Of a stretch of DNA of 64,000 bases, positions 8,030 to 17,632 are shown in pieces; position 1 is the stretch's first letter, and every line of letters begins with the position of its first letter. The stretch covers positions 269,047 through 333,046 of the forward strand of contig CAZDCG010000002.1 in the NCBI GenBank assembly GCA_964503955.1, in the 5' to 3' direction. The stretch is from an uncultured Gammaproteobacteria bacterium (lineage in GTDB: Bacteria > Patescibacteriota > Patescibacteriia > VMEV01 > CAYQCH01). Under the pieces are notes generated by a model, which had not been told where the DNA came from, did no database searches, and saw nothing but the letters and a program-made list of their open reading frames with translations. The position numbers were made by a program, and so were the translations under genes.

Positions 8030-9526
8030 CTACTCCTCCTTGATGGACTGAGGGCGCATCATCGGGAAAAAGACCACATCGCGAATCGAATCCTGATTCG
8101 ACAAAATCATAAAGAGGCGGTCGATCCCCACCCCGAAACCGGCTGTTGGCGGCATGCCATGTTCAAGCGCATTAAGAAAATCTTCATCAATCATCTGCGC
8201 TTCCTTGTCCCCTGCTTCGCGCAGCTTCATTTGCGCTTCAAAGCGTTCCCGCTGATCCAGCGGATCATTCAACTCTGCAAACCCGTTTCCAACTTCTGCG
8301 CCCATAATAAGCACCTGATGGCGCTGGACGATGGAAGGATCAACTTCGCTTCGTTTCGCCAGCGGAGAAATCTCCACCGGATGATTCACAAGAAAGCAAG
8401 GTTGAATCAGCTGAGGGCGGATCATCTTTTTGTACACCTGATCCACAAGGCGGCCGTAGCCGGCAGCTGGGTCGATTTCAATAGGGATGTTCTTTTCTTT
8501 AATAGCCGAGCGTAATGCGGCCACATCTTTGGTTTGCGCCAAATCAATCCCGGCATGCTTGAGGAACAGTGATCGATAATCCAGACGCGGCCAATTGCCG
8601 GAGAAATCAAGCATGGTTCCCTGGGATTCAATGGTCAGCGTTCCAAAGGTTTGCTGGATAATATGCTGATACATCTTCTCCACCAGGTCCATGAGCTGAT
8701 CATTGTTTGCATAAGCCCAATAAAATTCCATCAAGGTGAATTCCTGCAAATGCTGGGTGCTTACGCCTTCATTTCGAAACACTTTGCCGATTTCAAATAC
8801 CCGTTCAAAGCCGCCCACGATAAGGCGCTTCAAGTGCAGCTCAAGTGAAATGCGCAAATACAGATCGATGTCCAATGCATTATGATGCGTGATAAACGGC
8901 TCTGCTTCTGCGCCGCCGGGGACTTGTTCAAGCGTGGGAGTTTCAACTTCGAGAAATCCTTTGCCGGCCAGAAATGCCCTGAGATGCTGAACGAAGGCCG
9001 AACGTGTTTCGAAGAGTTTTCTTACCTCTTCGTTGACAATCAGATCGACATAGCGGTGCCGATAACGGTATTCCTCATCTTTAAGACCGTGGAATTTGTC
9101 GGGTAATGGCTTTAGGGCCTTTGAAAGAAGACGGAATGCGGAAACCTGAAGGGTTTTTTCCTCCGTTTTTGTTGTAAACAATGTACCGGTAGCCTCGAGA
9201 AAATCCGCCACATCGTTCTGTTTGAGCAATGCGTATTGCTCTTCTCCAAGCTCCTTTTTGCTGAAGAAAAGCTGTATCTCACCGCTTGCATCTTCTATTC
9301 GGGCGAATGTTGATCCTCCATGGCGGCGTAAAAGACGAATACGTCCTGCAACGGTAACAGAAGCCTGCTGTTTTGAAAGCTGGTCAAAGGATTCAAGCAC
9401 CTGCTCGATCATATACGATCGATTGCTTGAAGCCGGATATGGATCAATACCAGCAGAACGGAGATCCTCTACTTTTTTGATGCGCATCAGACGTTCATCA
9501 TTGACGGCAGATTGATCATTGGACAT
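8030..9526 (-). CDS. lysS: lysyl-tRNA synthetase (class II)
   Basis: PLPDKFHGL, RYRHRYVDL, LRISLELHLKRLIVGG, FRNEG, HGMPPTAGFGVGIDRL. Confidence 0.98.
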   Translation of the reverse strand: MSNDQSAVNDERLMRIKKVEDLRSAGIDPYPASSNRSYMIEQVLESFDQLSKQQASVTVAGRIRLLRRHGGSTFARIEDASGEIQLFFSKKELGEEQYALLKQNDVADFLEATGTLFTTKTEEKTLQVSAFRLLSKALKPLPDKFHGLKDEEYRYRHRYVDLIVNEEVRKLFETRSAFVQHLRAFLAGKGFLEVETPTLEQVPGGAEAEPFITHHNALDIDLYLRISLELHLKRLIVGGFERVFEIGKVFRNEGVSTQHLQEFTLMEFYWAYANNDQLMDLVEKMYQHIIQQTFGTLTIESQGTMLDFSGNWPRLDYRSLFLKHAGIDLAQTKDVAALRSAIKEKNIPIEIDPAAGYGRLVDQVYKKMIRPQLIQPCFLVNHPVEISPLAKRSEVDPSIVQRHQVLIMGAEVGNGFAELNDPLDQRERFEAQMKLREAGDKEAQMIDEDFLNALEHGMPPTAGFGVGIDRLFMILSNQDSIRDVVFFPMMRPQSIKEE

Positions 9527-9539
9527 AGATCTGATTGAG

Positions 9540-9559
9540 AAAACCGCCCTGTCGGGCGG
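9540..9559 (-). terminator. Intrinsic terminator-like hairpin after greA
   Basis: The minus strand reads CCGCCC-GACA-GGGCGG-TTTT. Confidence 0.55.
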
Positions 9560-9588
9560 CCGAACGGGATCACGGATAAACCATTCGG

Positions 9589-10047
9589 TCAGCTAACGGA
9601 AAGAATCTGAAACGTCTGCGTTCCCGCAGGAGTTTCCACCTCTACCTTATCACCTTTTTTATGATTTAGAAAAGCCTTGCCTAGAGGCGATTCATGCGAA
9701 ATCAGACCGGCAATCGGATCCGCCTCTTCGGATCCAACTATGGTAAAGGTCTTTTGAGATCCATTGAATTTAACCTTCACGGTTGCTCCAATGCTTATAA
9801 TCCCTGAATCATCGCTTTTCTTTATAATTTCGCTGTTTTTAAGAATATTCTTGATTTCAGCAATCCGGCCGACAACAAAAGCCTGCTCTTCCTTTGCATC
9901 GCTGTATTCCGCGTTCTCAGAAAGATCGCCCATCTTAATGGCTTCTTCAATGCGAACGGTCACGGCTTTTTGCTGCTCCATCAGTGTTTCAAGTTCTTTT
10001 GCCAGCTTTTCTCTGCCTGCTTCCGTTAGGTAATGGGTATCCGTCAT
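9589..10047 (-). CDS. greA: transcription elongation factor GreA
   Basis: YLTEAG, GDLSENAEYSDAKEEQ, IVGSEEADP, ISHESPLGKA. Confidence 0.97.
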   Translation of the reverse strand: MTDTHYLTEAGREKLAKELETLMEQQKAVTVRIEEAIKMGDLSENAEYSDAKEEQAFVVGRIAEIKNILKNSEIIKKSDDSGIISIGATVKVKFNGSQKTFTIVGSEEADPIAGLISHESPLGKAFLNHKKGDKVEVETPAGTQTFQILSVS

Positions 10048-10087
10048 AAAATCCATTTTTAGTCAATGGTGTTCAAATATAAGCAAT

Positions 10088-10116
10088 AAGATACGTGAGT
10101 GGGCTTCTACTGTCAA
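10088..10116 (-). promoter_or_regulatory. Sigma70-type promoter for greA
   Basis: The minus strand reads TTGACA, 17 bp, TATCTT. Confidence 0.65.
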
Positions 10117-10123
10117 TTGTTCC

Positions 10124-10132
10124 TTATCCACA
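10124..10132 (+). promoter_or_regulatory. Perfect DnaA box
   Basis: TTATCCACA in the mrdA-greA intergenic region, 7 bp upstream of the greA -35. Confidence 0.5.
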
Positions 10133-10178
10133 GAATCATCAAATTTTGTCAACCCTCTCTAACAAATTTGTCTGAAAC

Positions 10179-12215
10179 TCAACGAATCTCGTTGCTTCTA
10201 TTTGCGATCCACCACGCCAAAATGTCACGCGTAATTGATACGGTGATGGCGGAGCCGTCTTCTCCTTCCTCCACAAGAACGACAAAAGCAATCTGGGGGT
10301 TCTCGTTTGGAGCGTATCCGGCAAACCAGGCATGCGGATCCTTTTGCGAATGCCATTGCGCCGTACCTGTTTTTCCAGAAACTTCGATGGGCAAAGAATC
10401 GAGCGCTCGTCCGGTCCCTCGATTCACAACGCGCGCGAGAGCTGCTTGCATCACGTCAAATGCTTTTTGGCTGAACATGGCTTCGCTTAAAATAACCGGT
10501 GTTTCTTCGCCAATCATGGTTCCAGATGCGTCGGTATATCCGCGGACAAGATGCGGTTTATATAATGTCCCCCCATTCGCCAAAGCTGAATAGACGGCTG
10601 CCATCTGCAACGGAGTAACAAGCAGGTCTCCTTGTCCGATGGCGAGATGGTACGTATCCCCGATATACCATCGCTCGCCTTTCGCTTCTTCTTTCCATTC
10701 TCTGGATGGGAGAAATCCCGGTTTTTCTCCGGGCAAATCAATGCCCAGAGGCTGGGAGAGGCCGAAGCGTCTTGCATATTCCGTGATTCGATCAACTCCC
10801 AACCCTTCAAATTCCCCATATCCTCCTCCGATCATGTAGAAATAGGTATTCACGGAATCAGCAATCGCATGGTAGATATTTGTCTGTCCATGTCCGCCGG
10901 CTCTCCAGTCTGGAAAAAACCAAAGATTAATGCGCAATCCTCCCGTAGAAAGAAAGCTCGTATGTTCTGAAACAATCCCCTCCTGCAGGGCCGCGCCGGC
11001 AACAATCGGCTTAAAAGTAGAGCCGGAAGGGTACTCGCCGGAAATGGCGCGATGAATGAGCGGACGATCCGGATCTTCAATCAAAGCAGCATAATCCTGT
11101 GCGCTGATGCCGCCTGAAAAGAGATTATTATCATAGGTGGGCAAACTCACCATCGATAGAATCTCTCCATTATTGGGATTTAAGATTACGGCTGCCGCTC
11201 GCGTTTTACCGGCTTTATCAAGATGCTCCTGAATAATGGATTCGGCGGCCCGCTGGAATTCAACATCCAAAGTGGTAATAATCCCCGTTCCGTCTACCGG
11301 TGATTTCTGGCTGAGAATCTGCCTTTGCTGGCCTTTGGCATTCACTTCCTGCGACTGATAGCCAAATTCTCCCCGGAGTGTGTTTTCGTACATGAATTCC
11401 AGGCCGGTTCTTCCGACAACATCATTGAACAGATAGCCGTCATCTTTTAATTCAGCGTATTCCCCTTCACGCAAAGGAGATAAATATCCAAGGATATGAG
11501 ATAGGCTTTTTACTGGCGGATAAACGGTTGTATCATTGGGATCTTTAAATAATGGCCCTTCGGTCAGATACTCTCTTTTTGCCTGCTGGTCGACATTGAT
11601 TGCAGGTTTATCGCTGCTCCAAATTTGCAGCAAAATGGCCATATCGCGCTTTAAGCTGGATGCGACGATCAACTCTTTATCGCTTTTAAGCGAATCCTGA
11701 TACACCGTCTCTATTTGCGCCAGAAATTCCTCTAGCGAATCAGTGCGATATTCCCGTAAATAGCCTGCAAATAACTCGGAAAGCAATGCGCGGCGCTCCT
11801 CATGGTCAGCAGGGAGATATTTGGGAAGAATGGTCACAATCGTTTCAGGAACATTGCGCACGAGCGGCAACGAATAACGGTCATAGATTAATCCGCGGTC
11901 TGAGCGTACGTGAATGGTTCGGAGACGGTTGCGGTCGGCATCATCAGCGTATTCGGCTCCTCGCACAATCTGCAGCTGCGCCGCGCGTGAAAGAATCGCC
12001 GTGCAAAAGATAAGAATGACACCAAATGCCGCGGCGAAGCGCTTAAACGTAAGCACATTTCCAAGATAGCCGTCGGTTTCACCATAGAAACGGACATGGT
12101 CGTCTTCAACATCAGGACGGATAAATCCATCTTCGATCCATTCAGTGCGCTTCCGGCCGCGAAGCCGTAATGTCCGCTTGGGCAGTTCTTGAACGCGGAA
12201 GAGATCATCGGCCAT
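10179..12215 (-). CDS. mrdA: penicillin-binding protein 2 (class B PBP)
   Basis: TM helix, RGLIYDR, GRTGLE dimerisation motifs, SxxK (STFK), SxN (SVN), KTGT. Start moved to ATG 12215. Follows mreBCD. Confidence 0.93.
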   Translation of the reverse strand: MADDLFRVQELPKRTLRLRGRKRTEWIEDGFIRPDVEDDHVRFYGETDGYLGNVLTFKRFAAAFGVILIFCTAILSRAAQLQIVRGAEYADDADRNRLRTIHVRSDRGLIYDRYSLPLVRNVPETIVTILPKYLPADHEERRALLSELFAGYLREYRTDSLEEFLAQIETVYQDSLKSDKELIVASSLKRDMAILLQIWSSDKPAINVDQQAKREYLTEGPLFKDPNDTTVYPPVKSLSHILGYLSPLREGEYAELKDDGYLFNDVVGRTGLEFMYENTLRGEFGYQSQEVNAKGQQRQILSQKSPVDGTGIITTLDVEFQRAAESIIQEHLDKAGKTRAAAVILNPNNGEILSMVSLPTYDNNLFSGGISAQDYAALIEDPDRPLIHRAISGEYPSGSTFKPIVAGAALQEGIVSEHTSFLSTGGLRINLWFFPDWRAGGHGQTNIYHAIADSVNTYFYMIGGGYGEFEGLGVDRITEYARRFGLSQPLGIDLPGEKPGFLPSREWKEEAKGERWYIGDTYHLAIGQGDLLVTPLQMAAVYSALANGGTLYKPHLVRGYTDASGTMIGEETPVILSEAMFSQKAFDVMQAALARVVNRGTGRALDSLPIEVSGKTGTAQWHSQKDPHAWFAGYAPNENPQIAFVVLVEEGEDGSAITVSITRDILAWWIANRSNEIR

Positions 12216-12753
12216 ATGGATGCGTGACGATAAAGTATGATCGGAACCGCTTGCTGGTGAAAGAAACGGCAAGATATCCCAGAGAATAGAGCGCGGCAAG
12301 GCCGAACAGATTATAAAGAAGATATATCCACCACTCCGCCGTATGCACAAACGAAAATGACGCGCTGGGGGTAAAACGCAAAAGCAGGCTTAACAGCGCG
12401 AAGACCAGGTAGTACATCAGCCAGCCGGTTACTCCAAGCGTGACCACGGTATAGATGGATCTATTGGTGAATACGCGTTCAAATAACGCATCAACAATGA
12501 AAAGAACCGCTAATCCTGTCATGAGCGGGAGAAAAAACATGGATGATGAAGTAAGAGCAATGAGCATGGTCGAGGTCAAATAAAAGAGCATGGCAAGGCT
12601 GCGGCTGACGATTACCAATAAAAAAAGCGAAACAGCGAGTGTCAGATTCGCCTGAGAAAGCGGCCCGCCAAGCGCTGGCAGCAAAGCAACATCAAATGCT
12701 GCCGTTATGAGAACAGCTGCCGCTGCCATGAATGCCAGGAGCAAGTACTTCAT
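12205..12753 (-). CDS. mreD: MreD-like integral membrane protein
   Basis: 182 aa with about five hydrophobic helices, between mreC and mrdA. The call is mainly positional. Confidence 0.65.
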   Translation of the reverse strand: MKYLLLAFMAAAAVLITAAFDVALLPALGGPLSQANLTLAVSLFLLVIVSRSLAMLFYLTSTMLIALTSSSMFFLPLMTGLAVLFIVDALFERVFTNRSIYTVVTLGVTGWLMYYLVFALLSLLLRFTPSASFSFVHTAEWWIYLLYNLFGLAALYSLGYLAVSFTSKRFRSYFIVTHPYGR

Positions 12754-12754
12754 A

Positions 12755-13570
12755 TTACGTTTGATTCAGAATAACGGCGACATGCAGAAGCTGTTGATAG
12801 TCGGTGATTGGACGTAATACAGCTGACTGGAACAAATCATTCGGTTCAGAAAGAATTTCCTCCACTTCTCCAATCAACAGTCCTCTGGGAATGGCCGGCT
12901 CAAGACCCGAAGTGATGACAAGCTGCCCGCTCGCAAGGATTTCTCCTTGCGGGATTTGATCAAGAATAAGGCTGAGTCCCCGCTCGCCTCTTGCTATCTT
13001 GCTCGATGGCGCCCCTCCGCTGATGGTGACAGCGACGCGGCTTTCACTGTCAGTCAGAAGACGGGCTGTTGAAGTTCTGGATAGAACTTCGTCGATTTTC
13101 GCGATCATAATACCTTCTTCAACAACAACGGCTTGATTTTCCACGATTCCGTCGCGCCGGCCGGCGTTTAAAATGAGGATAGATGGATTTTCCGGATCTC
13201 TGCCAACCACGCGGGCAATGGTTCTTGGCAATTTATTAGTTTCCGTTTCAAAGTAATCCAGAAGCTGACGAAGAGTGGCATTTTCCTGCTGAGCTGATTG
13301 CAGATTCGCGATTTGCTGCTTCAGCTCGAGATTTTCCGTTCGCAGGCGTTCATTCTCCGTCTCAAGCATTTCCCTGTCGCCAGGACCGGAGAAAACAGCG
13401 GATATCCGATTTCCAGCAGAGTAAAAAGCGCCGTACACTGGCGCTGTCACACCTGAAGCAAAAGAGGATAAACCGGCATCGAGCTGAAAGAGTTTAAGAA
13501 AAGCATAAACCAGCAGTATCGCTCCGGCTAAAATGATAATCCCTGTTGTTTTGGGGAGCCGTGGAGTCAT
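12755..13570 (-). CDS. mreC: rod shape-determining protein MreC
   Basis: TM helix, coiled coil (LETENERLRTENLEL), LNAGRRDGI, VITSGL...PRGLLIGEV. Confidence 0.93.
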   Translation of the reverse strand: MTPRLPKTTGIIILAGAILLVYAFLKLFQLDAGLSSFASGVTAPVYGAFYSAGNRISAVFSGPGDREMLETENERLRTENLELKQQIANLQSAQQENATLRQLLDYFETETNKLPRTIARVVGRDPENPSILILNAGRRDGIVENQAVVVEEGIMIAKIDEVLSRTSTARLLTDSESRVAVTISGGAPSSKIARGERGLSLILDQIPQGEILASGQLVITSGLEPAIPRGLLIGEVEEILSEPNDLFQSAVLRPITDYQQLLHVAVILNQT

Positions 13571-13585
13571 AGCTTGCCGGCATTA

Positions 13586-14641
13586 TTAGCGGATAATGGA
13601 TTCCTGCTGCGTTGAAGCAAGGATAAGCTCAGACATGCCTTCCAAATCTTCAAGGATAATCCCGGTACCGCGCACGACGCAGGTTGCGGGATCATCAGCT
13701 ACTTGAACAGGAATGCTCATGGCTTCTGCCAGGGCCTGGTCAATCCCTTTAAGCTGAGCTCCAGCGCCAAATAGCGTAATTCCACGCTGGTAGATATCCG
13801 CCACAAGCTCAGGAGGCGTGCTTTCAAGCGTTGCTTTGACATTTTCCATCAGAAAGCGGAGCGTTCTGCTCGTGGCATGACGCACTTGTCCGTCGGTAAT
13901 CGATACTTCCTTTGGAAGGCCGGAAATCAGATTTCTTCCTCGTACTTTCATGTCCAGCGACTCCGGCAACGGCATGGCGGATCCGATTTTGATTTTTGCC
14001 TGTTCCGCCATGCTTGATCCAAGAAGCATATTGAATTCATGGCGGGCGAACTGGATAATGTCATGATCAAACTGAGAGCTTGCCAGATGCAGGCTTTTCC
14101 AGGTCACAACGCCGCTGAGCGAAATGACGGCGATTTCAACTCTCCCCCCGCCGATATCAATGACCATGGTTCCATGCGGTTCCTGAATCGGCAGACGCGC
14201 GCCAATCGCGCCGGCAATGATTTGCTCGGTCAGCAAAACTTCGCGCGCTCCGGCTCCAAGCACGGCATCTTCAACAGCTTTTTTCTCTACTTCCGTCAGG
14301 TCCAGAGGAATTGCCACAAGAATCCGGGGACGCGGCAGAAAATTGAATTGTTCTGAGTGGATTTTGTCAATGAAATACCGGATCATCTTTTCACAAACTT
14401 CAAAATCCGAGATGATTCCCTCCTGCAGCGGTGAAACGACCTCTATATGGGAAGGTGTTTTCCCCATCATTTTCTCGGCTTCCTTTCCCACCGCGAGAAT
14501 CTGATCAGTTTTCGTATTCAATGCGACAACGGACGGCTCATTGATCAAAATACCCCGGTCTTTCACGTAAATCAGGGTATTCTTTGTTCCTAAATCGATG
14601 CCGATATCACGCGAGAATCGGCCTAAAAGCCGGTTGATCAT
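13586..14641 (-). CDS. mreB: MreB paralog 1 (in mreBCD-mrdA operon, degenerate ATPase motifs)
   Basis: IGIDLGTKNT, NEPSVVA, DIGGG, RGRNLISGLPK, TPPELVADI. Confidence 0.92.
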   Translation of the reverse strand: MINRLLGRFSRDIGIDLGTKNTLIYVKDRGILINEPSVVALNTKTDQILAVGKEAEKMMGKTPSHIEVVSPLQEGIISDFEVCEKMIRYFIDKIHSEQFNFLPRPRILVAIPLDLTEVEKKAVEDAVLGAGAREVLLTEQIIAGAIGARLPIQEPHGTMVIDIGGGRVEIAVISLSGVVTWKSLHLASSQFDHDIIQFARHEFNMLLGSSMAEQAKIKIGSAMPLPESLDMKVRGRNLISGLPKEVSITDGQVRHATSRTLRFLMENVKATLESTPPELVADIYQRGITLFGAGAQLKGIDQALAEAMSIPVQVADDPATCVVRGTGIILEDLEGMSELILASTQQESIIR

Positions 14642-15912
14642 AAACCACGGTTATCGTTCTTAAGAAGTGACTGCATGCGTGCGGCAACTTCGTTTAGAGA
14701 AATAGTATCAGCCTGCTCGGAATTGCGTTCTTTGTATTCAACTTTTCCAGCGGTTTTCTTGCTGATAATCAGGCGTACCGGCATGCCAAGCAAGTCCGCG
14801 TCCGACAATTTCGCGCCATTGGACGAGGATCGATTATCATAGAGCACCTCAATGCCAGCGCTTTGCAGCGTTTCATATGCCTGATCCGCCTGTTCAAGCA
14901 AGTCTTTATCGTCTCCTAATACCACCAGATGAGCATGGAATGGCGCCACGGTAATCGGCCAATTCAATCCTTTTTCATCAGCTGTTGCCTCAACCAGTGC
15001 ACCCATGGTTCTTGTAACACCGATTCCATAGCATCCCATCACCGGGTATTTGCGTTCTCCGTCTTCATCGGTATAAGTCAGTTCAAAATCCTTCGCAAAT
15101 TTTGTCCCAAGGTCAAAAATATTGCCGGCTTCAATCGCCTTGACCGCTTCAACCGTTTTGCCGCAATTCGGACAAGGCTCCCCTGGTTTCACCGTGGCAA
15201 TTTCATCATTCTGCGCGAACCCGCAGGCTCGGCAAAGGTGGATGGTGTCTTCACCTGCTTCGGTAATAATCTGGAATTCGTGAGAGTGCTTGTCGGTAAA
15301 ACTTCCTCCGCCTGATTCCGTTACCAGCACTTCGGAAAACCCGCAGCGCTTATACACGTTCAAATAGGCTTGAATTGCTTTTTTATAGTATTGGGCGCGG
15401 TCTTCTTCTGTTCGATGAAAGCTGTACAGATCTTTCATGATAAACTCTCGTCCTCGCAAAAGTCCGGATTTCGCGCGGGCTTCATCTCTGAACTTCGTTT
15501 GGATTTGATAAATACCAACCGGTAAATCACGATAAGACTGAATAAAACGCTTTGCCAAAGGAACAACGATCTCTTCATGCGTTGGTCCGATTGCGTATTC
15601 CCATGTTCCCCATCGGCTTTTCGTCTTAAACAAAGCATCGTACACTTCGTCAGCCCAGCGGCCCGTTGTTTCCCAGTTGGCCTTTGGATGCAAAGAAGGC
15701 ATCAGAACTTCCTGAGCGCCGATCGCGTTCATTTCCTCCCGGACAATGCTCGTAATTTTGCTGAGGACGCGGAGTCCAAGCGGAAGATAGGAGTACACGC
15801 CGGCTGTCAGTTTATCGATATATCCGGCGCGCAAAAGCAGCTGAGCGTTTTTGCTTACTTCTTCGGCTGAGACATCCTTGGTCGTTTTTGTGAAGAGCTG
15901 AGAGAGTTTCAT
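14638..15912 (-). CDS. proS: prolyl-tRNA synthetase (short form, no INS editing domain)
   Basis: LLLRAGYI, GPTHEE, QIQTKFRDE.R...GLLRGREF.MKDLYSF, MGCYGIGVTR. Confidence 0.97.
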   Translation of the reverse strand: MKLSQLFTKTTKDVSAEEVSKNAQLLLRAGYIDKLTAGVYSYLPLGLRVLSKITSIVREEMNAIGAQEVLMPSLHPKANWETTGRWADEVYDALFKTKSRWGTWEYAIGPTHEEIVVPLAKRFIQSYRDLPVGIYQIQTKFRDEARAKSGLLRGREFIMKDLYSFHRTEEDRAQYYKKAIQAYLNVYKRCGFSEVLVTESGGGSFTDKHSHEFQIITEAGEDTIHLCRACGFAQNDEIATVKPGEPCPNCGKTVEAVKAIEAGNIFDLGTKFAKDFELTYTDEDGERKYPVMGCYGIGVTRTMGALVEATADEKGLNWPITVAPFHAHLVVLGDDKDLLEQADQAYETLQSAGIEVLYDNRSSSNGAKLSDADLLGMPVRLIISKKTAGKVEYKERNSEQADTISLNEVAARMQSLLKNDNRGL

Positions 15913-15921
15913 ACAAAATGG

Positions 15922-17037
15922 CTAGTTGAAGACAGAACCGATCGCGTTAAGAATGGAACCTCCGTATGTGGCTAGATCTTTAACCGTGATAAAGACAATC
16001 AAGGCCATCAAAAGCGTGAATCCAAGTATATGGATCCAGTTTTCAAGCCCTACGCGCATTTTTCTGCCGCGCACTTTCTCAAAAATAATCAGTGCAAGGC
16101 GGCCACCGTCAAGCGCGGGAATAGGCAAAATGTTGATAACAGCCAGATTAAGCGACAACAAAGCCGTAAACTGAAGCAGCTGCACGATCCCCTGTTTTGC
16201 GACTTCGCCTGTCATGACAGCAATGCCGACCGGTCCTGCCACGTCCGCCTGAACACCCTGTCCGGTCACGAGTTTGCCAATCAATTGTCCGAAACCAGCA
16301 ACAATCAACCAAAGGAGCTCGGCGACTTTTGCCAGGCCCACAAATGGCGCCAAATACCAAGGATAAGAGACCGTACCGGTTTCAAGCAAAGCAACGCCGA
16401 TGCCGGGCTTTCCTGTTTCCTGGAGTTCTACCGGGGTAATCTCAAAGGCAAGCTCTTGACCATCACGCTCAATCAGAATCTGGCTGACAGATCCGCTTTC
16501 AGCTGATGCAAAGATTGAAGTCATCTCATCGGTTGTCCCCACGGCAGTTCCATTCACGGAACGGATGATATCTCCGGCCTGAATTCCAGCGTTCTTTGCC
16601 GGACTGCCTTCAACGGGTTCAACAACCTGGAGGGTTCGGTCTTCAATCCGCGCGAATCGGGAAATCTCGCTGTCCTGCGGCAAGGCGGTGCGGGCTCCCA
16701 TAGCAAGGACAAGACTGATAAGCACATACCCCAGAAAAACATTCATCAAGACTCCGGCACTGACAATGAGGATTTTTTGGCCGAATGTTCGATGTGAAAA
16801 ACTGCGCGGATGTTCCGGTTCATTCCCGTTTTCGCCTTTGATTTTCACGTAGCCGCCAAGCGGCAGCAGATTAATCGCGTATCGTGTTTCACCCTTGGTT
16901 CTGGAAAAGAGTCTTGGGGGGAAACCGATGCCGAATTCTTCGACATAGCAGCCGGATCTTTTTGCGGCAATAAAGTGACCCAGCTCATGCACAAGCACGA
17001 GCAGGCCAAGGACAAGAATGAAAATGAGAAGAGTCAT
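15922..17037 (-). CDS. rseP: RIP metalloprotease RseP (site-2 protease, M50, with PDZ)
   Basis: HELGH, PLGGYVKI, PDZ domain (GSPAKNAGIQAGDII), NILPIPALDGG. Confidence 0.95.
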   Translation of the reverse strand: MTLLIFILVLGLLVLVHELGHFIAAKRSGCYVEEFGIGFPPRLFSRTKGETRYAINLLPLGGYVKIKGENGNEPEHPRSFSHRTFGQKILIVSAGVLMNVFLGYVLISLVLAMGARTALPQDSEISRFARIEDRTLQVVEPVEGSPAKNAGIQAGDIIRSVNGTAVGTTDEMTSIFASAESGSVSQILIERDGQELAFEITPVELQETGKPGIGVALLETGTVSYPWYLAPFVGLAKVAELLWLIVAGFGQLIGKLVTGQGVQADVAGPVGIAVMTGEVAKQGIVQLLQFTALLSLNLAVINILPIPALDGGRLALIIFEKVRGRKMRVGLENWIHILGFTLLMALIVFITVKDLATYGGSILNAIGSVFN

Positions 17038-17046
17038 GTCAATGCG

Positions 17047-17601
17047 TTAAATGGTCATGATGCGCTCGGCTTTTTTCTCGGCGAGCTCATTGATTTCATC
17101 AACTTTCTGACCGGTAAAATCCTCCAGCTGTTTAAGGTAACGGAACTTGTCGTCTTCGGTGATCTCTTTTTCCTTTTCCGAATGAAGAATAGATTCTTTG
17201 ACCTTGTCTCGAACCTGGCGGATCGTGACGCGGGCCTTTTCTGCTTTTTGATTGAGAATCTTAACAAGATCTTTGCGGTTTTCTTCTGTCATTGGAGGCA
17301 TTGGGATGCGTACTACTTCCCCGTCATTTACGGGGGTATAGCCAAGGTTCGCTGAAGTAATCGCTTTCTCAATGGGTTTAAGAAGACTTTTATCCCAAGG
17401 AGCGATCATGATGGTTTTGGTATCCGGAGTCGTAATAGTCGCAAGCTGTTTGATCGGCATCATGGTTTCGTAGCTTTCAACAAGAACGCTGTCGATCAGC
17501 TCAGGATTGGCCTGGCCGGTTCTCATTTGCGAAAGTTCCTGCTTAAAATGTTCGATTGATGCGGAAAAAAGCGGTTTTTGAGCGTCGATGAATGGATTCA
17601 T
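17047..17601 (-). CDS. frr: ribosome recycling factor
   Basis: MRTGQANP, IAPWDK, PPMTEENRKDL, IRQVRD. Start set at ATG 17601. Confidence 0.96.
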   Translation of the reverse strand: MNPFIDAQKPLFSASIEHFKQELSQMRTGQANPELIDSVLVESYETMMPIKQLATITTPDTKTIMIAPWDKSLLKPIEKAITSANLGYTPVNDGEVVRIPMPPMTEENRKDLVKILNQKAEKARVTIRQVRDKVKESILHSEKEKEITEDDKFRYLKQLEDFTGQKVDEINELAEKKAERIMTI

Positions 17602-17632
17602 AAGCCAAGATTGGATCATTAGTGTTGCCTTA

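Noticed and set aside
10057-10178. oriC at the mrdA-greA gap
   Set aside because: Only one perfect DnaA box in ~120 bp, no dnaA/dnaN nearby, and no switch in gene strand.
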